NCBI GenBank assembly: GCA_050953045.1 | Contig: JBMNLY010000001.1 | Span: 156,534 to 220,533 of the forward strand | DNA length: 64,000 bases | DNA from: Bacilli bacterium | Lineage (GTDB): Bacteria > Bacillota_I > Bacilli_A > ML615J-28 > CAG-698 | Reading direction: 5' to 3' | In this document: positions 53,263-62,399 of the stretch, in pieces | How the letters are laid out: each line of letters begins with the position of its first letter | Position numbering within the stretch: position 1 is the first letter of the stretch | Program-made: the position numbers and the translations under genes | The notes under the pieces: generated by a model | Database searches by the model: none | What the model was told of the DNA's origin: nothing | What the model saw: the letters and a program-made list of their open reading frames with translations, nothing else

Positions 53263-54019
53263 CCATACCTATTTATGTCAACATGCCCAAGGCTTACCCT
53301 ATGATTATATTAAGCGTGCTGTTGAACTTGACTACGATGAAATTGGAATGAGTGATCACGGACCAATATTATATGATCTTTTTGCCCGAATGACGCTTTC
53401 TGAATTTTATGATATTTATTTACCTGATATCGAGAAAGCCAAACAAGAATTTTTTAAGCAGATTAAAATCTACAAAGGACTCGAAATTGAATATTTCCAA
53501 AATCATCATCAACATTATGAAATGTTATTGAAAGACCTTGATTACTTAATTTTGGGTCAGCATGTCCTTATTCATCAAAGCAAGTTCATTGATGTCTTTC
53601 GGGATATGAATGATGAATATTTGGAACTATATAAAGATACTGTAATTGAAGCATTAGAAACCAAGTATTTTCGGATTTTGGCTCACCCCGACATTTATCT
53701 TTTTGGCTACCAAACATGGAATGAAAAAACCGAAAAAGTCGCTAGAGCTATCATTGAAGCAGCAATCCGAACCGATACGCTTCTGGAAATTAATGCAAAC
53801 GGCATCAGAAGAAGAAGGATTATCAATCAAGATGGAGAAGAGGTTTATCTTTATCCTCGGAAAGAATTCTGGACTCTTTTAAAAGCTTATCCGGAAGCAC
53901 AAATCATAATTAATGAAGACAATCATGCTTTAAAACAAATAGGAGATAAAGCTGTCTTCCGGGCACATGAGTTTGCTCAGGAGTTAAATTTAACGATAAG
54001 GGATTTTCTTTATGATTAG
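53240..54019 (+). CDS. PHP-family histidinol-phosphatase-like phosphoesterase (HisJ family)
   Basis: N-term YHNHTYLCQHA...DHGP metal-binding motifs. Confidence 0.7.
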   Translation: MAKTNYHNHTYLCQHAQGLPYDYIKRAVELDYDEIGMSDHGPILYDLFARMTLSEFYDIYLPDIEKAKQEFFKQIKIYKGLEIEYFQNHHQHYEMLLKDLDYLILGQHVLIHQSKFIDVFRDMNDEYLELYKDTVIEALETKYFRILAHPDIYLFGYQTWNEKTEKVARAIIEAAIRTDTLLEINANGIRRRRIINQDGEEVYLYPRKEFWTLLKAYPEAQIIINEDNHALKQIGDKAVFRAHEFAQELNLTIRDFLYD

Positions 54020-54812
54020 CATCTACAAATGGCGTTTATTCTATTTAATACTTTCATCAATTTTACTGCTTACACTTGCATATTTTGTCATCAAAGAACG
54101 TTTTTCTTATGATATTTTTTTTCTGTTAATTGTTTTTTTCCTCTTTTTACATTTCTTTTTCCAAAGATTTGAAAAGAAGAAAACGTTAAAAATCCATATG
54201 ATTTACCTGCAGGATTTAAATCCTTTAGCTTATCTGGAAGAATATCAGAAATTTAATAAAAAACGTTTCTTATCAAAAGCAGCAAAATCAATAAATAAAA
54301 TTAATAGTGCCCTTGTTTTGCTTACCGCAGATAAGATTGAAAAAGCTCATCAAATTCTAATTGGTCTTGTGGATCAAGAACCGAAATTTGGGCCTTATCT
54401 TCGTTTCTGGTATTATACAGCCTGGATTAATTACTATGACGAAGTTGATGATCTAACTAGGATGAAATTTCTGCTGGAGCAGAATAAAGCAATCTTAAAA
54501 GAAATACCTCCTAAATATCGCCAAAAATTAGTTGAAAATTTTGAGTTTTTTAAAGCAAAATGTTTTGTAAAGGAAGGCATTTTTCTCGACACTGCAGAAA
54601 ACTACTTCTATGACATCCTCCGCACTAACCTGCCTAAACTAACCATCTTAAATTGCGTTTACCAACTTGGAGTTATTGCTTATAAGAACGGAAAATATGA
54701 ACTTTCTAAAAGAAGGTTTCAGTCGGTAGTGATGAACGGAAAAGACTTAAACGAAGCCAAGAAAGCAAAAACATTCCTTGAGAAAATAGATGAACTTAAC
54801 CTAAATGCATAG
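54012..54812 (+). CDS. hypothetical membrane protein with two N-terminal TM helices and TPR-like helical C-terminal domain
   Basis: hydrophobic N-term LFYLILSSILLLTLAYFVI / IFFLLIVFFLFLHFFF. Confidence 0.45.
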   Translation: MISIYKWRLFYLILSSILLLTLAYFVIKERFSYDIFFLLIVFFLFLHFFFQRFEKKKTLKIHMIYLQDLNPLAYLEEYQKFNKKRFLSKAAKSINKINSALVLLTADKIEKAHQILIGLVDQEPKFGPYLRFWYYTAWINYYDEVDDLTRMKFLLEQNKAILKEIPPKYRQKLVENFEFFKAKCFVKEGIFLDTAENYFYDILRTNLPKLTILNCVYQLGVIAYKNGKYELSKRRFQSVVMNGKDLNEAKKAKTFLEKIDELNLNA

Positions 54813-54863
54813 ATTAAACCAACTCTCAATTTTGAGAGTTTTATTTTTTTAACCTTATTCTAA

Positions 54864-54875
54864 GAAGATTATCTT
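54864..54875 (+). repeat. GAAGATTATCTT motif copy (followed by TTCATCATTAA half, degenerate hairpin element)
   Basis: exact 10-mer AGATTATCTT. Confidence 0.6.
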
Positions 54876-54942
54876 TAATATTGTTTAGAGTTCATCATTA
54901 AACCTATTAAATAGCGCATATACTCTTATAAGCATGCTATAA

Positions 54943-54954
54943 GAAGATTATCTT
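54943..54954 (+). repeat. GAAGATTATCTT motif copy, about 90 bp upstream of PP-loop operon
   Basis: exact 10-mer. Confidence 0.6.
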
Positions 54955-55041
54955 TTCTTTGTTTAACAATTATAGTATAATTTTATTACATGTCGATTCT
55001 TAGCAGCTTTGTGCTATTATTGAAGAAGAAAGGAAATTGGT

Positions 55042-56436
55042 ATGGAATATTATCTACAAAAACGCTGGAAATTAGAAGAGCGAAGTTTAGTTTATTATGG
55101 CCTTCGAAACAAAGAAAATTTATTTAAGAACACTATAAAACTCTCTAAGAAACAAAGTAGGATTATAGGTAGTTTACCGAAGACGCTGGATGAAAAGGAA
55201 TGTGTAATCTTAAAGAAATTTATCGGTAAACAGGTTGTTTTGAAAAAAGATCTTAAAAAAATTCCTAAATCTTTAAAAGAAGCAAAATTCTGTAAGGAAT
55301 GCGTTGCAAATGATTATATGATACCTGGCTTAGAATTAAACGATTTCGGATTATGTCCCTTATGTCAAACCAAGGAACTTGCGGAAACTTTAAAAAGCGT
55401 CGTTCCGATTCTAAACGAGATTCCAAAATCAAAAAAATCCAGATTTGATGTCGGTCTTTTTTACACCGGTGGTAAAGATTCTACATATCTTTTGTATTAT
55501 TTATCAGAGGTCTTACAATTACGGGTACTCGCTATGACATGGGAAATCCCTTTTATCTCCTCTTCCGCAAAAGCCAGCATTGAGAATGCGAAAAGGAAAC
55601 TCGCAAATGTAGAATTTATTACTAAAAAGATAAACGATAATGATTTACGTAAAATCTATAATAAACTCTATTCTTTAAATGAAAACACCTGTGCCTGTCC
55701 TTCGCTAGCTTATATTCTTTTTTATCCTGATTTGGTAGAAAACAAAGTTCCATATTTTGTTGTTGGTAATGAACCCGTGCAAATGCTTGGCCTTTATTAT
55801 AATCAGATGGCACCAAAAATTGCTTACAGATTCTCCAATTATTTTCTTTTAAATCTTTTAATAAATATTTTTCGAATGCTTACCTTAAGACCACCTTTTA
55901 AAAAAGGTCAACTCCATACACTCATGACAATGAAGCAACTTGCTTATGGTGACAGTTTCGTAAAGAAAATTTCAAAATATAAAAATGAATTGGTTTCAAA
56001 TGTAGTAGCTTCCATCCATGAAGTCAAGTCAATCCTAATTCCCTTAAAAAGAAGTATCAGAAGATCAGCATGGACCGGAAGCATTCCCCGTTTTGTCCAT
56101 ATTGATTTAAATGACATCTCCGGCGGAATCTATGATTGGCAGAATGTAAAAGAAATTATAATTGATAAATGTGGTTGGGTGGCTCCGGAAGAGAAAGGAA
56201 AAGGACTTCATACCAGCTGCTCAATCGAAAAATGCAAAGAATATTCTCAATTCCAAAGATTCTATCATATGAGAAGCAAAATGATACCTTTCAGCGCCTT
56301 AGAAATAGCTCTTGCGAGTAGAAACAAAAACATTACGAGAGAAGAAGCAGTTTATGAATTAGAAAGAGTACTTGGCTTTTCTTTAACTGAAATTCCTGAA
56401 TGCAAGATTATGAAAGATTATTTAGGAGCAAAATAA
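55042..56436 (+). CDS. zinc-ribbon + PP-loop ATP pyrophosphatase of TtuA/Ncs6/TtcA-like type with ~250-aa C-terminal extension
   Basis: CKEC...CPLC zinc ribbon then FYTGGKDSTYLL (SGGxDS PP-loop); further Cys pairs CAC, C..C..KC. Confidence 0.55.
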   Translation: MEYYLQKRWKLEERSLVYYGLRNKENLFKNTIKLSKKQSRIIGSLPKTLDEKECVILKKFIGKQVVLKKDLKKIPKSLKEAKFCKECVANDYMIPGLELNDFGLCPLCQTKELAETLKSVVPILNEIPKSKKSRFDVGLFYTGGKDSTYLLYYLSEVLQLRVLAMTWEIPFISSSAKASIENAKRKLANVEFITKKINDNDLRKIYNKLYSLNENTCACPSLAYILFYPDLVENKVPYFVVGNEPVQMLGLYYNQMAPKIAYRFSNYFLLNLLINIFRMLTLRPPFKKGQLHTLMTMKQLAYGDSFVKKISKYKNELVSNVVASIHEVKSILIPLKRSIRRSAWTGSIPRFVHIDLNDISGGIYDWQNVKEIIIDKCGWVAPEEKGKGLHTSCSIEKCKEYSQFQRFYHMRSKMIPFSALEIALASRNKNITREEAVYELERVLGFSLTEIPECKIMKDYLGAK

Positions 56437-56437
56437 A

Positions 56438-57142
56438 ATGAATTTAGTTATTTGTTTTTCTCCGACTGGAGGAACAAAGAAAATCGCTGATTATGCAGCA
56501 AATTATCTAAATTTTCAATTGCTTGACTTAACAGCTTTTAAAGATCACAAAGATTTCAATTTCCAACAAGAATTCGATTATCTCGTTCTTTGTTTTCCGG
56601 TTTACTCACAAAACATTCCTAAACCAGTTAAAGAAATTATCAAAAAACTGAAAGCTAAATGTTATATTCTAATAGCTACCTACGGTAGAATGCATATGGG
56701 TAATGTTTTATGGGAAGCAAACAAACACTTACAGGGAAGATTGATCGGTGGTGCCTATATACCGACAAAACATACTTATCAAGAAGGAGATTATTTTAAA
56801 GATTATCAAAAACTTAATTCCCTGCTTTCTAGAGCAATAAAAAAAGAAACCAAGCAAATTGTAATTCCGAAACTAAAGAAGAATCCTTTTGCTGATTTCT
56901 TTCCAAATGGAAGAAGCCGGTATGCGATAAAAATAAAGAAGAACGCAAATTGCAATAAATGTAATCATTGTAACCGCGTTTGTCCACAAGAAGCTATTAA
57001 TTTTGGAACAATTACGAAGGACTGTATTAGATGCCTTAGCTGTTATTACAATTGTCCGAATAAAGCTTTGGAAGTAAAATATTCAATTTTCTTAAAAGCT
57101 TATTTAAAAAAGGATAAAATTAAAGATTTAATTATTTACTAA
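56438..57142 (+). CDS. flavodoxin-like domain fused to 2x[4Fe-4S] ferredoxin domain
   Basis: N-term CFSPTGGTKKIADY flavodoxin signature; C-term CNKCNHCNRVCP and CIRCLSCYYNCP; ATG 1 nt after upstream stop. Confidence 0.65.
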   Translation: MNLVICFSPTGGTKKIADYAANYLNFQLLDLTAFKDHKDFNFQQEFDYLVLCFPVYSQNIPKPVKEIIKKLKAKCYILIATYGRMHMGNVLWEANKHLQGRLIGGAYIPTKHTYQEGDYFKDYQKLNSLLSRAIKKETKQIVIPKLKKNPFADFFPNGRSRYAIKIKKNANCNKCNHCNRVCPQEAINFGTITKDCIRCLSCYYNCPNKALEVKYSIFLKAYLKKDKIKDLIIY

Positions 57143-57163
57143 TAATCAATACCCCTTTTTAGA

Positions 57164-57175
57164 GAAGATTATCTT
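57164..57175 (+). repeat. GAAGATTATCTT motif copy between convergent gene ends
   Basis: exact 10-mer. Confidence 0.6.
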
Positions 57176-57259
57176 TTATTAAGCGGGCAATTAACAATAA
57201 AGATTTTCTCAAGCCCTCTTTAGAAAATCTTTAATTTATTCTCTTATATAAATAGCGCT

Positions 57260-57748
57260 TTATTCGTCGCCTTTATCAATAAATTTCTTTATCAAACGAA
57301 CAAATTCAGCTATTTCCTGATGATCGATTGTAGGTGCAATAAAATTAGGATTTTTCATTAAGGCTTTAGTCATTAATTTGGCTAAACCTTTTTGTTTTTC
57401 TAGAATTAATACTCCTCCGAAAGTCTTCATGACAAGGGCATCGTTTCTGATGCTTTCTGTAAAATTTTGACTCATTACCTTAGTAAATGTTTCAGGTAAC
57501 CCTTGGCAAACAAAGATCGCAAAATTTTTTTCTTGAATTAAATTTTTGTATTTTTTCAAAAACCTCTTAATCTTAGGGTGAACCATTCCCATACGGATAG
57601 AAGAACCAATAATGATAATATCATAATCATTTAAATTTCCATTGTCAGCCTCTAAATTGATAAGAGAAGCATCCAGGGCTTTACTCAATATCCCTGCACA
57701 ATATTCAGTAGTACCTGTTTTTCCAGCATAGATTATCCCTATTTTCAT
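57260..57748 (-). CDS. flavodoxin family protein
   Basis: MKIGIIYAGKTGTTEYCAG flavodoxin-like N-term, 162 aa. Confidence 0.6.
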   Translation of the reverse strand: MKIGIIYAGKTGTTEYCAGILSKALDASLINLEADNGNLNDYDIIIIGSSIRMGMVHPKIKRFLKKYKNLIQEKNFAIFVCQGLPETFTKVMSQNFTESIRNDALVMKTFGGVLILEKQKGLAKLMTKALMKNPNFIAPTIDHQEIAEFVRLIKKFIDKGDE

Positions 57749-57836
57749 TCAAACCTCCTAAATTTAATTACCATAATAATACAAAAATCGAGTGAGATTG
57801 GCAAAGGATATTTTAATGTGTAAGAATCCTTGTTCT

Positions 57837-57850
57837 GAAAAGATTATCTT
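57837..57850 (+). repeat. GAAAAGATTATCTT motif copy + TTCATCATTAA half, about 95 bp upstream of flavodoxin start
   Basis: exact 10-mer; same composite architecture as 52146 and 54864 copies. Confidence 0.6.
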
Positions 57851-58177
57851 TATTAATGCCGGTTATTCATCATTAAGCTAATCAAATTTGGCCATAAATT
57901 ACCTTAGTTAAAGAAATATAGGAAGATGTTATAAGTAATCAAAAAGAATTTAATATATTTATTTTTGGATTTATAGATAAACAACTGACTTCCTATAATA
58001 TATATTATGTTAAGTAGATAATATATACGACCCTGCCTGAAAAAATAAAACGGTGTTTAGATGTTGAAATAAGCAATTCACTTAATAGATAACAATAAAG
58101 TAATTATCACCTAGATTGGAAAGGGCAACTCTCAGGCGCTTATTAAACAACTTTATTCATGATTCTCCATCTCAAAA

Positions 58178-58194
58178 AAGATAACCTTCTGAGA
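58178..58194 (-). repeat. motif copy (rc TCTCAGAAGGTTATCTT, 1 mismatch)
   Basis: within ORF-free 1.1-kb region. Confidence 0.45.
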
Positions 58195-58264
58195 GGCTCG
58201 GTTTAAATTGATTCTTTAATAAGATCTTTGATTTGATTAATTATGATTTTCTCTTAACCAAACA

Positions 58265-58277
58265 AAAGATAATCTCC
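58265..58277 (-). repeat. motif copy (rc GGAGATTATCTTT)
   Basis: exact 10-mer. Confidence 0.5.
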
Positions 58278-58441
58278 TTTAAAGCAGCTTCTTCTTTTTC
58301 TATATTTTTTTCATTAATCAAAACAATCATAAACTGATATTGGATAATACATCAGATCAATTTAGAAAGAGAAAATATTTCTGACTATTACGGATTAAAA
58401 AAATCTTATTAGAAGGTCAACGGATCATAACTTTACTAAAT

Positions 58442-58459
58442 TAAAGATAATCTTCTCTA
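58442..58459 (-). repeat. motif copy (rc CTAGAGAAGATTATCTTT)
   Basis: exact 10-mer with GAGAAG flank. Confidence 0.6.
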
Positions 58460-58845
58460 GTGAGGTCTTTTGAAGCATGATACAAATAAAAAAAGCTCCC
58501 TTTAAGAGAAAGCTTAATACAGAGTCTAAATTACTATTAAACAGGCCAAACTCCAAATTTCCCTTTACACCGTTTTTGGTTCAGGAGTGAGTATTTTATG
58601 GTCCTAATTGATAAAATGGAAATTGGGCGAAATTTAAGAGTGAATATCTACGCTTGAAGGCAAATTTATAAATAGATTAAATAAGCTATGAATAAAGGTA
58701 GATAATATTCGACTTTTTTCTACATTCTTCTACAAATAAATTAACTCATTATTGATTGCTGACTGCATTTAATGAAAATAATAGAGTAAAATGTCGAAAT
58801 AATTAGTATAATTTGTAAAAGGTTGTAATAATTAAATGAATTCTA

Positions 58846-59280
58846 TCAGAAAAACTTGATTATTGTAACAGCAAGAAGTCCCGACATTTCTAAAGCATTA
58901 ATAATCAGTCCAAAAGAATTTAAAACTAAACCGGTTGTTGCATAATAACCGGATTTTCTGATAATCCTTGCTTTTAGAAAGCCAATTGTTCCACAAATCA
59001 TCCCAATCAATGTGAAAACAAGAACCGAAAAGATCATTCCAATTTGAATGATTTTATCGTCTGTATCAGTTAAGATGATTGCTAAAATCAAAAACATTGA
59101 TACAAGAGAAAGAGCTAGACTTACGCAACCTAAAGCATTAAGTACCAACATATTCTTCTGCTTTTTTCTTTCGTATCTTTTTATTTCGTCAATACTTTTT
59201 TCAAACACTGGTTGTTCCATATCCGCCTCGTTTACAATTGGTTTAATAATATTATTTCTGAAATGATGAAATTTATACAA
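58846..59280 (-). CDS. hypothetical membrane protein (3-4 TM)
   Basis: 144 aa, hydrophobic C-terminal two thirds. Confidence 0.45.
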   Translation of the reverse strand: MYKFHHFRNNIIKPIVNEADMEQPVFEKSIDEIKRYERKKQKNMLVLNALGCVSLALSLVSMFLILAIILTDTDDKIIQIGMIFSVLVFTLIGMICGTIGFLKARIIRKSGYYATTGLVLNSFGLIINALEMSGLLAVTIIKFF

Positions 59281-59337
59281 ACTTGTATTATTGAGGCGGA
59301 TTTTGAGATGTTTTATAGAAGAATTCTACGTCACAAA

Positions 59338-59354
59338 AAGATAATCTACTCAGA
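59338..59354 (-). repeat. motif copy (rc TGAGTAGATTATCTTT), about 60 bp upstream of membrane protein start
   Basis: exact 10-mer. Confidence 0.5.
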
Positions 59355-59362
59355 AACGTGGT

Positions 59363-60292
59363 TTATTCAAGTTTTCCGAGACGGCTGTTTAACCAAGTAA
59401 AACAATCTTTCATTACTTCTTCTTTATTTGTTTCTAAAAGAAGTTCATGGCGAGCACCAGCATATAATTTAAATTCCAAATCCTTGATTTCCATGAATTT
59501 TAAAGTATTGTAAAGAGCGGTGATTAATTTAACCGGACCACCGACTGGATCTTCGGAACCGCTTAAGAGTAAAATCGGAAGTTTCTTGGGAACTAATTCA
59601 AAGTTATGATTGATTGCTCTTAAGCCTCTGAAGAAATCACGGAAAAAGGCAGCGGTGAAAATTCCTCCGCAGTATTCGTCATCAATATACTTCTTTACTT
59701 CATTTTCATCTCGGTTCAGCCAATCAAAATCAGATTTGGACGGACGGAAATATTTATTATAATTTCCGAAGGTTAAATTATTTAAGAGTTTGCTCCGGTG
59801 TCTTGCGCCTTTAAAGCGGATGATTAAACGAGCAAGCAAAATTCCTGCTCTAAGAGCTAGTCTAGGTTGTTTGGCTGATCCAGAAAGAATGATTCCGGAA
59901 ATTTTACTTCCATGTAATTGTACAAATCTTTGGGTAACAAAAGAACCCATGCTGTGGCCAAAGATAAATATAGGCAGTTTCGGGTTTTCTTCTTGAACAT
60001 ATTTGACCATTTCATAAAGATCGGAAACCAAAATCATAAAATTATCATCATCATGCATATAACCGTAATCGTCTTTATTTACGATTGTTCCTTTATGTCC
60101 GCGCTGATTATACCCATAGACGATAAAACCATCTTTACTTAATCTTTCCGCAAATCCCGCATATCTTTCGATGTGTTCGGCCATTCCATGAACAAGAATG
60201 ATTGCGGCTTTTGGTTCTTTAGTTTCATACCATTTATGAGTTTCTATTAAACCTTGGTGACTGAAGGTGAGTTTTTTTACCTCAGTTGCCAT
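59363..60292 (-). CDS. alpha/beta hydrolase (lysophospholipase/monoacylglycerol lipase-like)
   Basis: GHSMGS nucleophile elbow, HG oxyanion motif, C-term His. Confidence 0.7.
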   Translation of the reverse strand: MATEVKKLTFSHQGLIETHKWYETKEPKAAIILVHGMAEHIERYAGFAERLSKDGFIVYGYNQRGHKGTIVNKDDYGYMHDDDNFMILVSDLYEMVKYVQEENPKLPIFIFGHSMGSFVTQRFVQLHGSKISGIILSGSAKQPRLALRAGILLARLIIRFKGARHRSKLLNNLTFGNYNKYFRPSKSDFDWLNRDENEVKKYIDDEYCGGIFTAAFFRDFFRGLRAINHNFELVPKKLPILLLSGSEDPVGGPVKLITALYNTLKFMEIKDLEFKLYAGARHELLLETNKEEVMKDCFTWLNSRLGKLE

Positions 60293-60306
60293 ATTCTCCC
60301 TCCTCT

Positions 60307-61491
60307 TTATTGGATTTCTTTTAAAAAACTGGTGCCGATTTTCGGTTTTTTGATGCGGAAATTATCGGCAATCGTTGCTCCCACATCCGCAAAAGTCTTT
60401 CGAATTCCTAAATCTAAACCGTCAAGGGTATTATTATAGACCAGCAAAGGCGTATATTCACGCGTGTGATCGGTTCCGGTATGGGTTGGATCATTGCCAT
60501 GGTCCGCACAAACGATGAGAAGGTCTTCTTCTTTCAAGTATTCTAAGAGTTTGTCTAAATCACGATCAAATTCTTCAACGCATTCCGCATACCCGACCGG
60601 ATCGCGACGATGTCCGTAAAGAGCATCGAAGTCGACCAAATTAGCAAAGCAAAGTCCGTGGAAATCCTTTTGAGCTACTCGGGTAACTTCTTCCATACCC
60701 TGATGGTTGTTTTTAATTTTATAGGATTCGGTAAGACCTTCACCGTCAAAGATATCATAAATTTTACCGATGGAAATAACCTCAAAACCTTCATCTTCTA
60801 AGAAGTTGAGTACAGTTTTCTCAAACGGTTTGAGGGCATAATCATGCCGGTTCGCCGTTCTTGTAAATGTTTCTTTAGTTTTCCCAACAAAGGGCCGGGC
60901 GATAATTCTTCCAACCATCCATTCGGGATTATCGATTGTAAGTTTGCGCGCAATCTCACATACTCTGTATAGTTCTTCTAAAGGAATGATTTCTTCATTG
61001 GCAGCAATCTGTAAAACAGAATCCGCAGAAGTATAAATAATCAGTTCTTTGGTTTCTAAATGTCTTTCTCCGAGATCGGCAATAATCTTGGTTCCGCTTT
61101 CCGCATAATTTCCAATAAATTTATGTCCGCTTTCCTTCTCCAAAGCAGCAATCAACGCTTCCGGAAAACCGGTATCGGTAAATGAAGGAAAAGCCTTCGT
61201 TACATGGAGTCCCATCAACTCCCAATGCCCGGTTAAGGTGTCTTTGCCGACACTCATTTCTCGCATTTTACCGAAGGATGCAAGCGGGTTCGGGTTGTCG
61301 GGAGTATTATGAACCTTTGTGATATTTCCGATTCCAAGTTTCTGCAAGGTGGGAATTGAGAAATCTACTTTACTATAGCTTAAATGGCTGAGGGTATTAC
61401 TACCTTCATCGCCGTATTTTGCTGCATCTTCCATCGCGCCGACTCCGAGCGAATCGGCAACTATTACAAATATTCTTTTAAATTTTTTCAT
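60307..61491 (-). CDS. deoB: phosphopentomutase
   Basis: MKKFKRIFVIVADSLGVGAMEDA..; ORF-track 61527 start is upstream extension; RBS AAAGGAAGG. Confidence 0.85.
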   Translation of the reverse strand: MKKFKRIFVIVADSLGVGAMEDAAKYGDEGSNTLSHLSYSKVDFSIPTLQKLGIGNITKVHNTPDNPNPLASFGKMREMSVGKDTLTGHWELMGLHVTKAFPSFTDTGFPEALIAALEKESGHKFIGNYAESGTKIIADLGERHLETKELIIYTSADSVLQIAANEEIIPLEELYRVCEIARKLTIDNPEWMVGRIIARPFVGKTKETFTRTANRHDYALKPFEKTVLNFLEDEGFEVISIGKIYDIFDGEGLTESYKIKNNHQGMEEVTRVAQKDFHGLCFANLVDFDALYGHRRDPVGYAECVEEFDRDLDKLLEYLKEEDLLIVCADHGNDPTHTGTDHTREYTPLLVYNNTLDGLDLGIRKTFADVGATIADNFRIKKPKIGTSFLKEIQ

Positions 61492-62398
61492 ATAACCTTC
61501 CTTTTTTTCTTGCTCTAGGATGAGCATGCAAGTATGTTTCTTTCAGTTTTACATTTCTGATATGTGTGTATATTTCAGTTGTGGAAATATCTTCATGACC
61601 GAGAAGCTCTTGAATCAACCTTAAATCCAGTCCCTGTTCCAGCATATGAGAAGCAAAAGAATGCCTTAAGGTGTGTGGAGTGATGTTTTTATTGATGCCG
61701 GCATCCTTTGCTGCATCTTTTATAATTTTCCAAATCGATTCCCTGGTGATACTTGTCCCACGGGTATTTAAAAAAAGAAAATCGGTTTGTTTGTTTTTAA
61801 GTAAAACCGGTCTTGATTCGCGGAGATAAAACTTTAGAGCTTCAATTGCCGGTTCTCCAATCGGGATTATTCTTTCTTTTCTGCCTTTTCCGTATACCTG
61901 GAGAAAACCAATTTGTAAGCGAAGATCGCTTAACCGAAGGCTAATAAGCTCGCTTACGCGCATTCCAGATGAGTAAAGCACTTCAATAACAGCTTTATTC
62001 CGTATTTGGAGCGGATTATCTTTTTTTAAGGAGGCTAGTATACGTTCAACCTCTGCTATTGAAAGTATAATCGGCAATTTTTTTTCCTGTTTCGGAGCAT
62101 CCACCGCCTTAGTTACATTCTTGGTTACATATTTTTCCAAAAGCAGAAATTTATGAAAAGACTTGATGGCAGTTAAATTCCGCGCTTGGCTAGAAGATGC
62201 TATATGCCGCCGTTTTAAGGAGGCAAGATATGCTCTGACATCTTGGGTTTCGATATCCTCCGGATGGTTTTTACCACGATATTTGGTTAGAAAACCACAA
62301 TATTTTTCAATATCGTGAAGATAGCTTTTAACCGTATTAAGACTTAAAGCGAGCTCGCCGGTCAAATAATATTCATATTCTTTTTGATAACTCTGCAT
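61478..62398 (-). CDS. xerD: site-specific tyrosine recombinase XerD
   Basis: R..HTLRHSFASHMLEQG..LLGHEDISTTEIYTH catalytic motifs; overlaps deoB start as in B. subtilis ripX-drm. Confidence 0.85.
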   Translation of the reverse strand: MQSYQKEYEYYLTGELALSLNTVKSYLHDIEKYCGFLTKYRGKNHPEDIETQDVRAYLASLKRRHIASSSQARNLTAIKSFHKFLLLEKYVTKNVTKAVDAPKQEKKLPIILSIAEVERILASLKKDNPLQIRNKAVIEVLYSSGMRVSELISLRLSDLRLQIGFLQVYGKGRKERIIPIGEPAIEALKFYLRESRPVLLKNKQTDFLFLNTRGTSITRESIWKIIKDAAKDAGINKNITPHTLRHSFASHMLEQGLDLRLIQELLGHEDISTTEIYTHIRNVKLKETYLHAHPRARKKGRLYEKI

Positions 62399-62399
62399 T

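Noticed and set aside
52146-59354. Possibility that the GAAGATTATCTT repeats form a CRISPR array or are Fur/PerR/Zur boxes
   Set aside because: Spacing is irregular (70 bp to 2.7 kb) and copies are in both orientations, so not CRISPR. Fur-family boxes are 7-1-7 TGATAATnATTATCA-type; the motif shares only the ATTATC hexamer and does not fit the consensus.
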